From Micromonosporaceae bacterium (lineage in GTDB: Bacteria; Actinomycetota; Actinomycetes; Mycobacteriales; Micromonosporaceae): DNA of 64,000 nt. A program made the position numbers and the translations under genes. The notes below the pieces were generated by a model, which was given only the letters and a program-made list of their open reading frames with translations, did not search any database and was not told the origin of the DNA. Location of the stretch: NCBI GenBank assembly GCA_036557785.1, contig DATBGZ010000016.1, positions 2,576 through 66,575 on the forward strand, written 5' to 3'. Of the stretch, positions 26,624 to 35,526 are shown piece by piece (position 1 is the stretch's first letter; each line of letters begins with the position of its first letter).

Positions 26624-27154
26624 GTGACGCAGTCGCGCATCCCGGTGCCACCAGAGATTGTCGAGGTCACGCCCGAGACCGAGTTCGAGAGCTTTCTCGC
26701 GGTCGTGCGCAACTCGGTGGGATCACACATGTTCCGCAACTTCTTCGTGCGGCGCGAGGGCGAGCTGTTCGATGCCCTGCACGACGGTGAGCGCTCCTGC
26801 GCCTTCTACGTGAGCAGCATATTGACCATCTTCAAGAAGATCGGCTCGTTCCACAACACCGTGCGCTCGACCGTGCAGGACCTGGCGCGGTCCGGGTGGG
26901 TGCAGGTCGAGGACCTCGACAGCCTGGCCGCCGGCGATGTGCTCGTCTGGGGTGCCGAGCTCATCGGCGAGTCCTGGCACTCGCACGTCGGCTTCTACCT
27001 GACCGAGGGCACGGCCGTGAGCATCTCCGCCGAGACCGGAACGCCGGTCCGCCACCATGACCACCCCAACCATGCCTGGTCCGCCATCGCCGCGGCCTAC
27101 CGCCTGCCGACCTGGGCTCCCCGACCGGCGCCGCCCGTCGAGGGCGCGCGCTAG
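26624..27154 (+). CDS. hypothetical protein with NlpC/P60- or papain-fold-like Cys...His arrangement, no signal peptide
   Basis: 176-aa ORF with a GTG start. Candidate nucleophile GERSCAFYVSSIL, then AGDVLVWG and SHVGFYLTEGTAVS, which resembles the NlpC/P60 pattern C...GDL.F...HVGIY. The assignment is by motif only. Confidence 0.45.
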   Translation: MTQSRIPVPPEIVEVTPETEFESFLAVVRNSVGSHMFRNFFVRREGELFDALHDGERSCAFYVSSILTIFKKIGSFHNTVRSTVQDLARSGWVQVEDLDSLAAGDVLVWGAELIGESWHSHVGFYLTEGTAVSISAETGTPVRHHDHPNHAWSAIAAAYRLPTWAPRPAPPVEGAR

Positions 27155-27156
27155 CC

Positions 27157-27723
27157 ATGGCGGAGCACGAGGTCCCGTTCGTCAGCCAGCAGGGGTACCG
27201 CGAGGCGCAGTGGCGGCGCTTCGGCTGCGGCACGGCCGCGCTCAAGATGGTCCTCGACTACTGGCACCGCCGCGATCCGCGCAACCGCACCGCCGAGGCT
27301 GACGATCTCTATGCCACCGGCCTCGAGGCGGGCGCCTTCGACCCCGCGTTCGGCTGGCGGCACGCCGGGCTGGTCGGCCTGGCCCGGTCACACGGCTACG
27401 AGGCGTACAACGTCGACGCCGCGCCCAGGAGCCGCCATCCCATGACGGCGCAAGAGGCGCTGGCGGAGTTGACGCGTGAACTGTCGCACGGCCCGGTCAT
27501 CGCCAGCGTGTACCGCGACTTCGATCCTGGCGAGGGCGGCGGGCACCTCGTGGTGGTCACCGGCGACTCGGGCGGCGCCCTGCTGCTCAACGACCCGAAG
27601 CCGGCGCAGGAGGCAGACGGTCGGCTCGTCATGTCCACACGGGACTTCCTGCCGGCATTCAAGCACCGCTACATCGTGGTGCGGCCGCGGCATGAGCCGA
27701 CGACGTCTAGCCAGCCGGGCTGA
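27157..27723 (+). CDS. peptidase C39-like (C39_2/BtrH-like) domain protein, no signal peptide
   Basis: 188-aa ORF starting 3 nt after the previous stop. VPFVSQQGY...FGCGTAALKMVLDYW matches the VP..SQ...CG..(A/S)L.M.L.Y pattern of C39-like domains. It also has GGGHLVVVTG and LLLNDP (the His and Asp regions). Confidence 0.6.
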   Translation: MAEHEVPFVSQQGYREAQWRRFGCGTAALKMVLDYWHRRDPRNRTAEADDLYATGLEAGAFDPAFGWRHAGLVGLARSHGYEAYNVDAAPRSRHPMTAQEALAELTRELSHGPVIASVYRDFDPGEGGGHLVVVTGDSGGALLLNDPKPAQEADGRLVMSTRDFLPAFKHRYIVVRPRHEPTTSSQPG

Positions 27724-28987
27724 CGGCCGGCTCGGCCGCCGCGGCTTCGGCAGCCGGCGTGGGCAGTTCGCGCATCCAGCGCAGCGGTGAGGCGAAGACG
27801 AACAGGAACGCCAGGCACGCACCGCCGAAACCGATGAAGACGGTCGTGCGCGGGCCGAGCCAGTCACCCAGCACACCACCGAGCAGTCCGCCCAGCGGCA
27901 TCGTGCCCCAGACCAGGAAACGCATGGTCGCGTTCATCCGCCCGAGCAGGCGCTCCGGCGTCAGGCCCTGCCGGAAGCTGACCTGGGTCACGTTGTAGAC
28001 CACGACGCCCAGGCCGACCATCGTGAACGCGCCCGCCGCCGCCCAGATCGACCAGCCGTGGTGAGCCAGGGGCAGGGCGAGAGCAAAGGGGGTCGTTACC
28101 CCGGTCGAGACCCAGATCGCCGGACCCTGACCCAGCCAGCGCACGAGCGGCTTGACCACGAACGCTCCGAGCAGGCCACCGCAGGATGAGATCGAGAAGA
28201 TCAACCCGATCTGCCCTGGGCTGAGGTGAACGTCGCGGACGAGATAGATGAGCAGCATCGGCATGGCCGCGGACCAGAACAGGTTGAAGCTGCCGGTGCA
28301 GGCGGCGATCGACCGGAGCAGGCGATTGCTCAGCACGAAGCGAAGGCCTTCCCAGATCTCCTTGCCGAGATGGGCGTCGGCCTTGCGCTCGGGCTGCGGC
28401 TCCCGGTTGCGCACGCGACCGAGGAACAGGGCTGAGCCGGCGAAGCTGATCGCGTCCGCGGCGATCGCGTACGGCGCGCTCAGCCACTGGACCAACCAGC
28501 CGGCGGCCGTCGGCCCGCCCAACTGCGTGGTGGCCCGGACCACTTCGAGCTTCGCGTTGCCCTCGACCAGGTTCTCCCGTCCGACGAGGTGCGGCAAGTA
28601 GCTCTGGTAGGCGACGTCGAAGAAGACGGTCCCGATGCCGACGAAGAAGCCCACCGCGTACAACTGGTCCATCGACAACGACCCGAGCCACCACGTCACC
28701 GGCACCGACGCGAGCAGCAGCGCGCGGACCACGTCCCCGACCACCATCACGGAGCGCCGGCGCAGCCGGTCCACCCAGGCACCGGCGGGCAGCCCGATGA
28801 GCAGGAACGGCAGGCTCTCCATCGTGGCGAGCAGGCCGACCTCGAACGGCCGGGCGTTCAGCGTCAGCACCGCGACCAGGGGTAGCGCCAACAGGGTCAC
28901 CTGGGTGCCGACCTGGCTGATCGTGTCCGCGACGAAGAGCTGCCGGAAATCGTGACTGCGCAACAGACCAAGACTCAGCCGTGCCAC
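27707..28987 (-). CDS. MFS transporter (EntS/MFS_3-like efflux type)
   Basis: Track ORF trimmed to the GTG at 28987, which is preceded by GGGGAGG. It has 12 predicted TM-like segments and FRQLFVADTISQVGTQV, typical of this MFS subfamily. The 3' end overlaps the convergent gene at 27157..27723 by 17 nt. Confidence 0.85.
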   Translation of the reverse strand: MARLSLGLLRSHDFRQLFVADTISQVGTQVTLLALPLVAVLTLNARPFEVGLLATMESLPFLLIGLPAGAWVDRLRRRSVMVVGDVVRALLLASVPVTWWLGSLSMDQLYAVGFFVGIGTVFFDVAYQSYLPHLVGRENLVEGNAKLEVVRATTQLGGPTAAGWLVQWLSAPYAIAADAISFAGSALFLGRVRNREPQPERKADAHLGKEIWEGLRFVLSNRLLRSIAACTGSFNLFWSAAMPMLLIYLVRDVHLSPGQIGLIFSISSCGGLLGAFVVKPLVRWLGQGPAIWVSTGVTTPFALALPLAHHGWSIWAAAGAFTMVGLGVVVYNVTQVSFRQGLTPERLLGRMNATMRFLVWGTMPLGGLLGGVLGDWLGPRTTVFIGFGGACLAFLFVFASPLRWMRELPTPAAEAAAAEPAVSPAG

Positions 28988-29055
28988 GCGAACCTCCCCT
29001 GCCGCCAAACCGCGACCAAACGACCCTTGCCAACGGCCGCGCACCAGGGTTCGCT

Positions 29056-29079
29056 ACTGGTTGGGAAAAGTCAACCAGT
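29056..29079. promoter_or_regulatory. candidate operator: perfect 8-bp inverted repeat ACTGGTTG-N8-CAACCAGT in the divergent MFS/ArsR promoter region
   Basis: Read directly from the sequence. It lies between the MFS start (28987) and the ArsR-family start (29100). ArsR-type repressors commonly bind such dyads. Confidence 0.4.
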
Positions 29080-29099
29080 TACCGCACCACCGTCATCAC

Positions 29100-29618
29100 A
29101 TGCCGACCGAACGCCGCCCCGCGACCGAGGCCGAGGCCCGCGCCCTCGCCTCGGCCCTCCGGCTGCGCATCATCCGGCTGTGCCACGACCGCTGCCTGAC
29201 CAACCGGGAACTCGCGCACCTCCTGGCGACGAACCCGGCGACCATGCTCCACCACGTACGCAAGCTCGTCGATACCGGCTTCCTCGTCGCCGAGCCGGCC
29301 CGCCGAGGAAAGCGCGGCTCGCGGGAGGTGCCGTACCGCTCGACGGGCAAGTCCTGGCGGCTCGACATCGGCGAGCACGACAAGTCATCGCAGGCCGTCC
29401 TCGACGCCTACCTGCAAGAGGTCGGGCTCGTCGACCTCGACCGCACGTACCTGGTACGGCTGGGCCTGCGGCTCTCCGAGAAGGAGTACGCCGAGGTGAC
29501 CCGGCGGCTGCACGACCTGCTCGAGGAGTTCGCCAGCAATCCGGCCTCGGACGAGTCGCGCGCGTACTCGCTGTACCTCAACCTGCACCCCGACGTCACC
29601 CGCGACGCTGCTGGGTGA
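29100..29618 (+). CDS. ArsR-family winged-helix transcriptional regulator
   Basis: I chose the ATG at 29100; the track ORF begins at a TTG at 29061. The HTH is LRLRIIRLCHDRCLTNRELAHLLATNPATMLHHVRKLVDTGFLV. It is divergent from the MFS gene. Confidence 0.8.
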   Translation: MPTERRPATEAEARALASALRLRIIRLCHDRCLTNRELAHLLATNPATMLHHVRKLVDTGFLVAEPARRGKRGSREVPYRSTGKSWRLDIGEHDKSSQAVLDAYLQEVGLVDLDRTYLVRLGLRLSEKEYAEVTRRLHDLLEEFASNPASDESRAYSLYLNLHPDVTRDAAG

Positions 29619-29634
29619 GTTCACCAGGTCCGCG

Positions 29635-32391
29635 TCACAGGGTCGGCATCGACAAGTCGGCCGTCGGGTCCGAATCCACCGATAGCCGCACCAGCGCATG
29701 CGCCAGGTCGGGGTGCTCCACGTCGAGCGCGAACGTGGTCGCCTCGGCCAGCGTCATGGCGGCACCGGCTGCATACGCCTCGTCGAAGGCGACGTCGCCC
29801 ATGATGTGGCGCACGGCCGATTCGTGGCGCTGGCCCATCGGCCCGAGCACGCCACGGTGGGTCTTGAGCCGGGATCGCGCGGCCTGGGACGCGCCGAAGA
29901 GCGTCGCTGCCTGGGTCATCTCGCCGCCGAGCGCGCATCGCACCGCCATCGCGGTGAGGGCTTCGGTCGCGGCCCAGTGGTACCCGTGCGCCATGCGGGC
30001 TCGCAGGGCCACGACGACGTGATCGTGGGCCGCGATCAGGTCGCCGCGGGACAGCGCGACCATGCCGAGAAGCATGTCGATGCTGCGACGGCCCCGCTCG
30101 GTCGGGTGGGTCGAGGCGACCGCCCGCGCCGCCCCGAGCTCCGTCGCGGCCTCGACGAGACGGCCGCGCCGCCACAGCATCTGGGCGAGGCAGAACACGG
30201 CCGGCAGGGACTCCGCCTCGACGTTGTGGTTGCGCGCCCACTCGATCGCCTCCCGGCATGCGCGCTCCGCCTCGTCCTCGCGGCCAAGGGCCTGCAGCGC
30301 GTCGCCCCGGCAGGCGCTCACCCGAGCGATGAACGCCGCCTGCCCGGTCTTCCAGGCCACCTTCTCCGCCTCGACGAGCAGCCGCAACTGCTCCTCCAGC
30401 TCGCCGTCGGCCCCGGCCTGGCGCGAGAACGTGTGATAGGCGGCGGCGAGCTCTGCGGCCGGGATCTCCTCATCGGTACCGCTGCCCTTCTCGAAGAGCC
30501 GGGACAACCAGAGCCGGCCCTCACGCGGCAGGCCCCGCTCCCGCCACCACTCGTCGAGCAGGACGGCGAGGCGCAATCCGTCCCGGATGCGGCCCGCGTT
30601 CACGCTCCACAGCAGCGCCGCCCGTACCTCGGCCGCGAGGGAGTCGATCGGGTAGGTCGAGAGGGTCACCGGCTCACCGTCGACGCCCGTGTGCACCCTC
30701 GCCACGGCGTGCAGCACCCACTTCAGGTGCCGGTCCCGGGCCGCCTGCTCCTCGCCGGCCTGCACCAGTGCCCGCGCGCCGAAGGCCTTGATCGGGTCGA
30801 GGACCCGGTAGACGACCTCACCCTCGGTCACGCCGGGCTCCGCGGAGACCAGCGACTTGTCCACCAGCACGGCGAGCTGGGTCACGGCACCGGGGCCGGC
30901 GATCCACTCGACCGTGGGCAGGTCGATGGCGCCGGCGAAGACCGAGAGCTGGCGCAACAGCGACGCGGCACCGCCGGGCAGGTTCCGGTAGGACCAGTCG
31001 ACGGTGGCCCGCAGCGTCGAGTGCCGGTGCCGCGTCAGCGTGACGGTCGTGAACTCGCCGGTCAGGCCCGTGCTGACGTCGAGGGTGCCGAGAAGATCCT
31101 CGAGCCGATCGGCGAGCTGGGCCGCGGAGAACAGGCGCAGCCTCGCCGCTGCCAGCTCCAGCGCGAGCGGCAGGCCGTCGAGACGCTGCGCGACCCGGTG
31201 CAGATGGGTGATCTCCTCAGTGCCCGGCTCACGACCGCCCCGCGCTGCGGTGGCCCGATCCAGCAACAGCGCCACGGCATCCGGCGTGGCTCCGCCGGAG
31301 ACGGTGATCATGTCCAGCGGCGGGATGCGCCACACCACCTCGCCCGGCACCGCGAGCGGCTCACGGCTCGTCGCCAGCACGCGTACGCCCGGACCGGCCC
31401 CGACCAGTCGCGTGACCAGCGGCTTGACCGCGGAGAGCTGCGCGTCGGCCGTGTCGAGCACGAGCAGCAGCGAGCGCGGGGCAACGAAGTCGACGATCGT
31501 GTCCACGATGGTGCGACCCGGCTCGGGCCGGACGCCGAGCACCTCGGCGACCGCGACGCTGATCAGGTACGGGTCAGTCACCGCGGCGAGGTCGATGAAC
31601 CACACGCCGTCGGGGCACGACGGAACCATCGTCGCCGCGACCTCGATCGCCAGGCGCGTCTTGCCGGCGCCCCCCGGCCCGACGACGCTCACCAGGCGCC
31701 GGCTCGCGACCAGCCCGGCGAGCTCTTCGCGCTCGACCTCCCGGCCGATGAAGCTCGACGGCGAGGCGGGCAGGTTGTGCGAGGCCGCGGCGAGCGTCCG
31801 TGGGCGAGGAAAGCTCCGCTCGAGGTCGCCGGCGATGAGCTGGAAGAGGCGTTCCCGGCCGTCGAAGCCACGCAACTGGTACAGGCCGAGGTCGAGCAGT
31901 GAGGCGTCGGCCGGCAGGTCGGTCGCGAGCCGCGCGGTCGCCGCCGAGCAGAGCACCTGCCCGCCGTGGGCAGCGGCCGCGACCCGCGCGGCCCGGTGTA
32001 CCTCGGGGGTGGCGTACTCCCCCGCGACCGGCGTCGCGTGACCGCTGTGCAGCCCCATGCGTACCTTGGGCCGCGCCTGCGGATCGCGCCAGTGGTGCGC
32101 ATCGAGCGCCCGCTGGCCCTCGATGCAGGCTCGAATCGCCGCGTTGGCGTCGGCAAAGACGGCGAAGACCGAGTCGCCTTCGGTGAACATCGCGACGCCG
32201 TCGCTGGCGCCGAGCGCACGACGAAGTATCTGCCGGTGCTGCGCCAGCATCGGCCGGTACTGGCCGCCGAGCAGCTGTGCTAACCGGGTCGATCCCTCAA
32301 TATCCGTAAAGAGGAACGTCACCAGGCCGCTCGGCAGGTCCCGCTTTGTCGCCAAAGAGAGAACCTCCGCCCCCCTGGAAGTCGGGATCAT
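29635..32391 (-). CDS. class III adenylate/guanylate cyclase - P-loop NTPase (AAA/NB-ARC-like) - TPR multidomain protein
   Basis: 918-aa ORF. Cyclase motifs are LVTFLFTDIEGSTRLAQ and GDSVFAVFADA. The Walker A is VVGPGGAGKTRLA, and there is a long helical-repeat C-terminus. No LuxR-type HTH is recognisable at the C-terminus. Confidence 0.85.
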   Translation of the reverse strand: MIPTSRGAEVLSLATKRDLPSGLVTFLFTDIEGSTRLAQLLGGQYRPMLAQHRQILRRALGASDGVAMFTEGDSVFAVFADANAAIRACIEGQRALDAHHWRDPQARPKVRMGLHSGHATPVAGEYATPEVHRAARVAAAAHGGQVLCSAATARLATDLPADASLLDLGLYQLRGFDGRERLFQLIAGDLERSFPRPRTLAAASHNLPASPSSFIGREVEREELAGLVASRRLVSVVGPGGAGKTRLAIEVAATMVPSCPDGVWFIDLAAVTDPYLISVAVAEVLGVRPEPGRTIVDTIVDFVAPRSLLLVLDTADAQLSAVKPLVTRLVGAGPGVRVLATSREPLAVPGEVVWRIPPLDMITVSGGATPDAVALLLDRATAARGGREPGTEEITHLHRVAQRLDGLPLALELAAARLRLFSAAQLADRLEDLLGTLDVSTGLTGEFTTVTLTRHRHSTLRATVDWSYRNLPGGAASLLRQLSVFAGAIDLPTVEWIAGPGAVTQLAVLVDKSLVSAEPGVTEGEVVYRVLDPIKAFGARALVQAGEEQAARDRHLKWVLHAVARVHTGVDGEPVTLSTYPIDSLAAEVRAALLWSVNAGRIRDGLRLAVLLDEWWRERGLPREGRLWLSRLFEKGSGTDEEIPAAELAAAYHTFSRQAGADGELEEQLRLLVEAEKVAWKTGQAAFIARVSACRGDALQALGREDEAERACREAIEWARNHNVEAESLPAVFCLAQMLWRRGRLVEAATELGAARAVASTHPTERGRRSIDMLLGMVALSRGDLIAAHDHVVVALRARMAHGYHWAATEALTAMAVRCALGGEMTQAATLFGASQAARSRLKTHRGVLGPMGQRHESAVRHIMGDVAFDEAYAAGAAMTLAEATTFALDVEHPDLAHALVRLSVDSDPTADLSMPTL

Positions 32392-32525
32392 CCTGCCTTA
32401 CCGGATACCCCATTCGCCAGTGCCGACACGGTTTCACATGGCTGTGTCCACGAAGTCGCCCGGGGGAGCACGTGGCGAGGGCACCGTGTGGCCAACCTCT
32501 CACACTCACTGTGGCCCGGGCGACG

Positions 32526-33578
32526 ATGGTGATTGGCGTTGTCGAATCGGGACGGGGCGGGCAAGCTGGTCTGGTGAGGCTTCGGGAGTGGGACCCAGCC
32601 ACCGCCCCTGCGGAGGAGATCGCGGCGTGGCTCGACCTCTACAACGAGGTCCTCGTCCACGACCTGCCAACGGACCCGTCCTGGCAGAGCGCGCATCTGC
32701 GCGAGTACCTCGTCCATACCATGCCCGACGAGCGGCGCACCAACTGGATCGCCCAGGACGCGGACGGCAGTTTCCTGGGTTACGCAGGGCTGCTCGTGCT
32801 CTCCGATCTCGGCGTGCTGGAGCTGCACGTCGCACCGCGCGCCCGGCGCTCCGGCGTGGGCCGGGCTCTGCTCAAGGTCGTCGCCGACCGTGCCCTGACC
32901 GAGCGCTTCAGCTCGGTCGGTGTCGAGGTGGTCGGCGGCACGCCCGCGGCGGACTTCTACAGCGGGTACGGCTTCACCCATGTGTATACCGAGACGCGCA
33001 GTATCCTCTCGCTGTCCACGGTGGACTGGGACCACGTCGAGGAGATGGCGGCCGGGCTCGTCTCGGGCTATGTCGTGACCGTCCACGAGGGTGACCTGCC
33101 GGACTCGCTGCTGCCGGCGTACGCCGAGGCGAAGCAGGTCCGGCGCGCGGACCCGACCGGGGACATGGAGCTGCGACCGAGTTCCTACGACAGCGACCGG
33201 TTGCGGGCGAGCCTGCGCTGCCTGAACGTGCGGGGTCTGCATCCGTACATCGTCGTCGCCATGCACGAGCGCAGCGGCGTGGTGGCCGGCCTGACCGAGC
33301 TGGTCGTGCCGGCCCAGCACCCCACCCGGGCCGACCAGTACGACACGATCGTGGTGCCCGCGCACAACAGCTACGGCCTGGCCCGGGCGATCAAGGCCCG
33401 CATGCTGCTGGAGCTTCGCGCACGCGAGCCCCAGCTCGCAGAGGTGGAGACCTGGCACGCCGCCGATCGCGAACAGCTCTCACAGGTCAACAAGGAACTC
33501 GGCTTCCAGCCCGACCGGGAGTGGCGTGAGTACGAAGTGGACACCACTGACCTCGCCGCCCGTTTTGCCGAAGGCTGA
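32526..33578 (+). CDS. two-domain GNAT-family acetyltransferase
   Basis: Trimmed to the ATG at 32526 (a start at VRLREWD is also possible). The first GNAT has VAPRARRSGVGRALLKVV...GYGF. The second domain has NSYGLARAIKARMLLEL...KELGF. Confidence 0.7.
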   Translation: MVIGVVESGRGGQAGLVRLREWDPATAPAEEIAAWLDLYNEVLVHDLPTDPSWQSAHLREYLVHTMPDERRTNWIAQDADGSFLGYAGLLVLSDLGVLELHVAPRARRSGVGRALLKVVADRALTERFSSVGVEVVGGTPAADFYSGYGFTHVYTETRSILSLSTVDWDHVEEMAAGLVSGYVVTVHEGDLPDSLLPAYAEAKQVRRADPTGDMELRPSSYDSDRLRASLRCLNVRGLHPYIVVAMHERSGVVAGLTELVVPAQHPTRADQYDTIVVPAHNSYGLARAIKARMLLELRAREPQLAEVETWHAADREQLSQVNKELGFQPDREWREYEVDTTDLAARFAEG

Positions 33579-33587
33579 TCGCGCCGG

Positions 33588-34508
33588 TCAGCGCGCGAGT
33601 GTGGCGAGACGTTCGACGCTGCCGCAGGAGACGAGGCAGCGCTCCTTGGCATTGCCCATGAGCTGGGCGGTCCAGGTCGTCAGACCACCGTCACCAAGCT
33701 CCAGCAGCTGCTCGCCCTCCCCCGTGATGAAGCGGAACGCCGCCTCGACGTAGTAACCCTGCGACCGCCGGCGGTCCGGCGCGTCCACAGTGGACTGATT
33801 TGGCAGCACCTCGTCGAGCCGCTCCCGCACCACCGGGCTGAACACGGCCAGCCGGATCTGGGCTCCGGGCGCCAGCTCGGCGAACACCCGTCTCCAGTAA
33901 CCCAGATGCAGGTCGACCAGCCGGGCCTGGGTGCGGCCCGAGCCGACGTCCCGGGCGGAGGAGACGAGGGTGAAGAGGCGGAAATGTGCCGCCATACCCG
34001 GCCCAAAGCGCTGCGCGCGCAGCAGCCGATGGCTCGCGGCGAGATGCACCTCGCCGCCGCGCGGTTGCCGCGCTCGTCGCTGGGCGGCCTCGATCGCGAG
34101 CGCATTGGCGGAGTCGGAGACGACCTCGACCGACCGCATCGCGGTGACGATCCGGTTCTGGCTCACCGGTGCGACCGCCGCGCAGGTACCGACCGGCACG
34201 ACCGGGGAGAGTTCGACGGCGTCGAACTGCCCCGGCAGCAGGTGCCACAGCTTCTCCTCGACCGCCGCCAGTACCCTCGGGTCGGCGGCGGCCGGCCGTA
34301 CGAACCGGTCCTCCTGCCAGCGGCGCAGCACGTCGGCTGGCCGGACCTTGGCCGCCCTCGTGCGCGCCACCGACAACAGCAGGGTCTGCAGGTCGGTCGC
34401 CGACATCTGCTCCAGCGCCTCGCGGGAACCGGCCGGTAGCCGGGACCACACCCGTCGCTCCGCGGCGTTCATCCGTCCACGATCACGCCACGGATCAGCG
34501 GCGATCAA
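33588..34508 (-). CDS. hypothetical protein resembling a stand-alone class II aminoacyl-tRNA-synthetase catalytic core (PheS-like motifs), no anticodon-binding domain
   Basis: 306-aa ORF; an alternative ATG at 34472 gives 294 aa. Motif-1-like [15 protein letters not shown], motif-2-like [23 protein letters not shown], motif-3-like [35 protein letters not shown]. It directly follows hemB on the same strand. The functional call is by motif only. Confidence 0.5.
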   Translation of the reverse strand: MIAADPWRDRGRMNAAERRVWSRLPAGSREALEQMSATDLQTLLLSVARTRAAKVRPADVLRRWQEDRFVRPAAADPRVLAAVEEKLWHLLPGQFDAVELSPVVPVGTCAAVAPVSQNRIVTAMRSVEVVSDSANALAIEAAQRRARQPRGGEVHLAASHRLLRAQRFGPGMAAHFRLFTLVSSARDVGSGRTQARLVDLHLGYWRRVFAELAPGAQIRLAVFSPVVRERLDEVLPNQSTVDAPDRRRSQGYYVEAAFRFITGEGEQLLELGDGGLTTWTAQLMGNAKERCLVSCGSVERLATLAR

Positions 34509-35502
34509 CCGAATTCGGCTCGTTCTCCTCGCGCAGGAGGCGTGCGGCCTGCTCCGCCCAGTAGGTGAGGATGACCTGGGCGCCGGCCCGGCGGATGCTC
34601 GTCAGCGTCTCGAGCATGACCCGGTCGCGGTCCAGCCACCCGTTCGCCGCCGCGGCCTCGACCATCGCGTACTCGCCGCTGACCTGGTAGGCGGCGACTG
34701 GGATGTCCACTGTGGAGCTGACCGCCGCGATGACGTCCAGGTACGGCAGAGCCGGCTTGACCATCACGATGTCCGCCCCCTCCGCCACGTCGAGGGCCAC
34801 CTCACGCAGCGCCTCCCGGGCGTTGGCCGGGTCCTGCTGGTAGGTGCGTCGGTCACCGACCAGTGTGGACTCCACCGCCTCACGGAACGGCCCGTAGAAA
34901 GCGCCGGCGTACTTCGCCGCGTAAGCGAGAATGCCGACGCCGGCGTAGCCGCTCTCGTCCAGTCCCCGGCGTACCGCGCCCACCTGGCCGTCCATCATTC
35001 CGGACGTGCCGACGAGGTCCACGCCGGCCCGTGCCTGCACCACCGCCATCTCGGCATAACGCTGCAGGGTGGCGTCGTTGTCGACACCCCCGTCGGGCGC
35101 GAGCACGCCACAGTGCCCGTGCGACGTGAACTCGTCCAGGCACAGGTCGCTCATCACGACGACCGCGTCGCCGACCTCGGCCTTCACGTCCCGGATCGCC
35201 AGATTCAGGATTCCGTCCGGATCCGTTGCCCCGGTTCCGGTCTCGTCCCGTGTCGCCGGCACCCCGAAGAGCATCAGCCCGCCGACACCGGCCTGTGCGG
35301 CCTCGACAGCCGCCTTCCGCAACGACTCCCGGGTGTGCTGCACCACCCCGGGCAGCGACCCGATCGGGCGGGGCTGGGCCAACCCTTCCTTCACGAACAT
35401 CGGCAGCACCAACTCAGCCGGATGCAACCGCGTCTGCGCCACCAGGCGTCGCAGCGCGGGCGTACGCCTCAGCCGGCGCGGCCGTACGGCTGGGTACGAC
35501 AT
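34495..35502 (-). CDS. hemB: porphobilinogen synthase (delta-aminolevulinate dehydratase)
   Basis: Trimmed to [21 protein letters not shown]... (335 aa), preceded by GAGGAGG. It has the [13 protein letters not shown] active-site Lys region and [13 protein letters not shown]. Confidence 0.95.
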   Translation of the reverse strand: MSYPAVRPRRLRRTPALRRLVAQTRLHPAELVLPMFVKEGLAQPRPIGSLPGVVQHTRESLRKAAVEAAQAGVGGLMLFGVPATRDETGTGATDPDGILNLAIRDVKAEVGDAVVVMSDLCLDEFTSHGHCGVLAPDGGVDNDATLQRYAEMAVVQARAGVDLVGTSGMMDGQVGAVRRGLDESGYAGVGILAYAAKYAGAFYGPFREAVESTLVGDRRTYQQDPANAREALREVALDVAEGADIVMVKPALPYLDVIAAVSSTVDIPVAAYQVSGEYAMVEAAAANGWLDRDRVMLETLTSIRRAGAQVILTYWAEQAARLLREENEPNSVDRR

Positions 35503-35526
35503 CGGGTCCTCCTCACTGCCCTCCTC

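Noticed and set aside
33785-33791. CACAGTG / CACTGTG heptamers (identical to the V(D)J RSS and Transib terminal heptamer) as possible transposon ends
   Set aside because: - My estimate expects about 6 heptamers by chance, and I saw about 10 by eye.
- No paired terminal inverted repeats, target-site duplications or transposase genes are present.
- The signal is better described by the longer in-frame palindrome reported in the 33014-38948 finding.
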